A stretch of DNA of 64,000 bases from an uncultured candidate division Zixibacteria bacterium. GTDB lineage: Bacteria > Zixibacteria > MSB-5A5 > UBA10806. The translations under genes and the position numbers were made by a program. Of the stretch, positions 62,617-64,000 are shown piece by piece (the first letter of the stretch is position 1; every line of letters starts with the position of its first letter). The DNA is taken from the NCBI GenBank assembly GCA_963817915.1, contig CAWFQL010000016.1:224001-288000 (forward strand). Direction: 5' to 3'. Below the pieces are notes generated by a model. That model was given only the letters and a program-made list of their open reading frames with translations, was not told where the DNA came from and did no database searches.

Positions 62617-63903
62617 ATGAAAAAATCGGTCTTGAATCATACTTTAGCTCTGCTTGTTCTCATATTAGCTTGTTCAAGGAATTCCAGCATAATCGATAAT
62701 CCCGGCGATACCCTGACTCCGACCACTCCGGAAAATCTGCGAGGCTACGGAGCATCATCATCTACCGTCAAACTATTTTGGGATGATAAGTCCACTGACG
62801 AGACCGCATTTGTTATCAGGCGACAAAACCCTAATGCCGATACCTTCGTTGTCTCTGGCGAGGTGGGCCCCAATGTGATGACATTTGAAGACCAGGGCCT
62901 GACCGCAAATACCTTTTATACTTATGTCGTATCGGCACAGAATGATGCTGGGGAATCAGCATTATCAACTGTCAAAAGCCTGAAAACCTTAGATACAGAC
63001 ATTACTTTAATAGCTCATAATAGCAATATTGGAAGCAATAATCTTATTCGAGTTTCCGGCAATTACGCGTTCTTAAGCGGTGGAGATTCCACGCTCCATG
63101 TGATCGATGTATCTCAGAGACGATTCCCGGTACTTAGCCAGAATTATTTTACCAATATGGCAATCGGCCAGCTAATTCTCGATGGCGATTATGCCTATAT
63201 TTCATCGCCGTTTCATAGTGGCTATGGAATAAAGATACTAAATAAATCCAACCCTTACGGTCTCTCGCAAGCCTCAGCGATTCAGGGTTACTGGTTCAAT
63301 CATGCGGCTATTCGTAATGGCCGGGCATATTTCGTGAGTATGGGTGATGGACTTTACACATACGACGTTACCAATCCTGCCTCGCCCTCAAATATCGGAA
63401 GTTATTGGACTGCCGATAACAACATGTTCAATCTGATCGCCCTAAATGGCATGTACGCTTATTTAGGCTGCGATAACGATACTATTCAAATTATGAATAT
63501 ATTCGATCCGGTCAATGATTCTCTGGTGAATAGGAAGCCAGGCCAAGGTATTCCGAAGGATTTTTATTTGCTGGGAAATAATCTATTTGTCGCCAATAAT
63601 TCACTCGGCCTGGTTGTGTATGATATTTCCAATCCTGTTGAATGGGGAGCATCGGTCGGATTTTATTATATCCAGGGTGGCGCCAAGAGGGTTATGGCGG
63701 TCGGCCACAATGTTTATGTACTTGATAATGCCAGCAGGCTGCGAATTATTTCCGCTGAAAATATGGCCTTGTTAACTCAGGTGGGGTTTTATGACAGCGA
63801 AGTCGGCTGGGGCAATAATGATTTCTACGCTGATTCTTCGTATGTATATATTGCTGATAATAACGGCCTGACGATTATTCGCTATACACCGCCGGGACAA
63901 TAA
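62617..63903 (+). CDS. Lipoprotein with FN3 domain and LVIVD-type beta-propeller repeats
   Basis: Lipobox 'LILAC', FN3 'WDDKSTDETAF..TFYTYVVSAQN', repeats 'GNYAF..LHVIDVS', 'GLYTYDVTNP', 'GLVVYDISNP'. ATG 62617 follows GGAG. Confidence 0.82.
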   Translation: MKKSVLNHTLALLVLILACSRNSSIIDNPGDTLTPTTPENLRGYGASSSTVKLFWDDKSTDETAFVIRRQNPNADTFVVSGEVGPNVMTFEDQGLTANTFYTYVVSAQNDAGESALSTVKSLKTLDTDITLIAHNSNIGSNNLIRVSGNYAFLSGGDSTLHVIDVSQRRFPVLSQNYFTNMAIGQLILDGDYAYISSPFHSGYGIKILNKSNPYGLSQASAIQGYWFNHAAIRNGRAYFVSMGDGLYTYDVTNPASPSNIGSYWTADNNMFNLIALNGMYAYLGCDNDTIQIMNIFDPVNDSLVNRKPGQGIPKDFYLLGNNLFVANNSLGLVVYDISNPVEWGASVGFYYIQGGAKRVMAVGHNVYVLDNASRLRIISAENMALLTQVGFYDSEVGWGNNDFYADSSYVYIADNNGLTIIRYTPPGQ

Positions 63904-64000
63904 TAGAATCAATTTATTTCTCAATACGTTTGAATCCAATTTGCCTTTTATTAACCTGTGGTGGTTGCATTATTTGTCGGATTGCTGCAAATAAGTTTTG

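Overview
64 kb of bacterial chromosome, most likely from an FCB-group anaerobe. A C-terminal 'LLQNYPNPFNP...KMLLMK' sorting domain suggests a Zixibacteria/KSB1/Calditrichota-like lineage; this is an inference. Left to right: (1) an anaerobic redox cluster (Crp/Fnr regulator, membrane Fe-S/CCG oxidoreductase, hemerythrin, DUF6125, ferredoxin), interrupted by a REP-associated tyrosine transposase with GTAG palindromes and preceded by an unannotated ArfA-like micro-ORF; (2) an ABC-F ATPase, an M29 aminopeptidase and an NtrY-like kinase; (3) a minus-strand envelope operon of an AsmA/YdbH-like protein, a DUF1318 lipoprotein and a giant TolB-repeat/TPR/double degenerate-CHAT gene split by three +1 frameshifts; (4) a large hybrid PAS kinase and a full chemosensory operon (two-HPt CheA, CheW, CZB-inserted CheW, porin, frameshifted MCP, CheR/B/D, HDOD, CheY/CheX) with four sigma28-like promoters; (5) hydrogenase maturation genes and a DUF504 gene; (6) uvrA followed by an AT-rich TcmP methyltransferase-like plus DUF5131 radical-SAM-like pair; (7) a secreted FN3 protein, an NtrX-like regulator, rpmH-rnpA-yidD-yidC-mnmE with no adjacent dnaA, and an FN3/LVIVD lipoprotein. 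Many intergenic regions carry several families of palindromic repeats. No rRNA, intact tRNA or CRISPR array was seen. The best candidates for an undescribed system are the TcmP/DUF5131 pair and the AsmA-DUF1318-TolB/TPR/CHAT operon. All family assignments come from motif recognition by eye; no searches were run.
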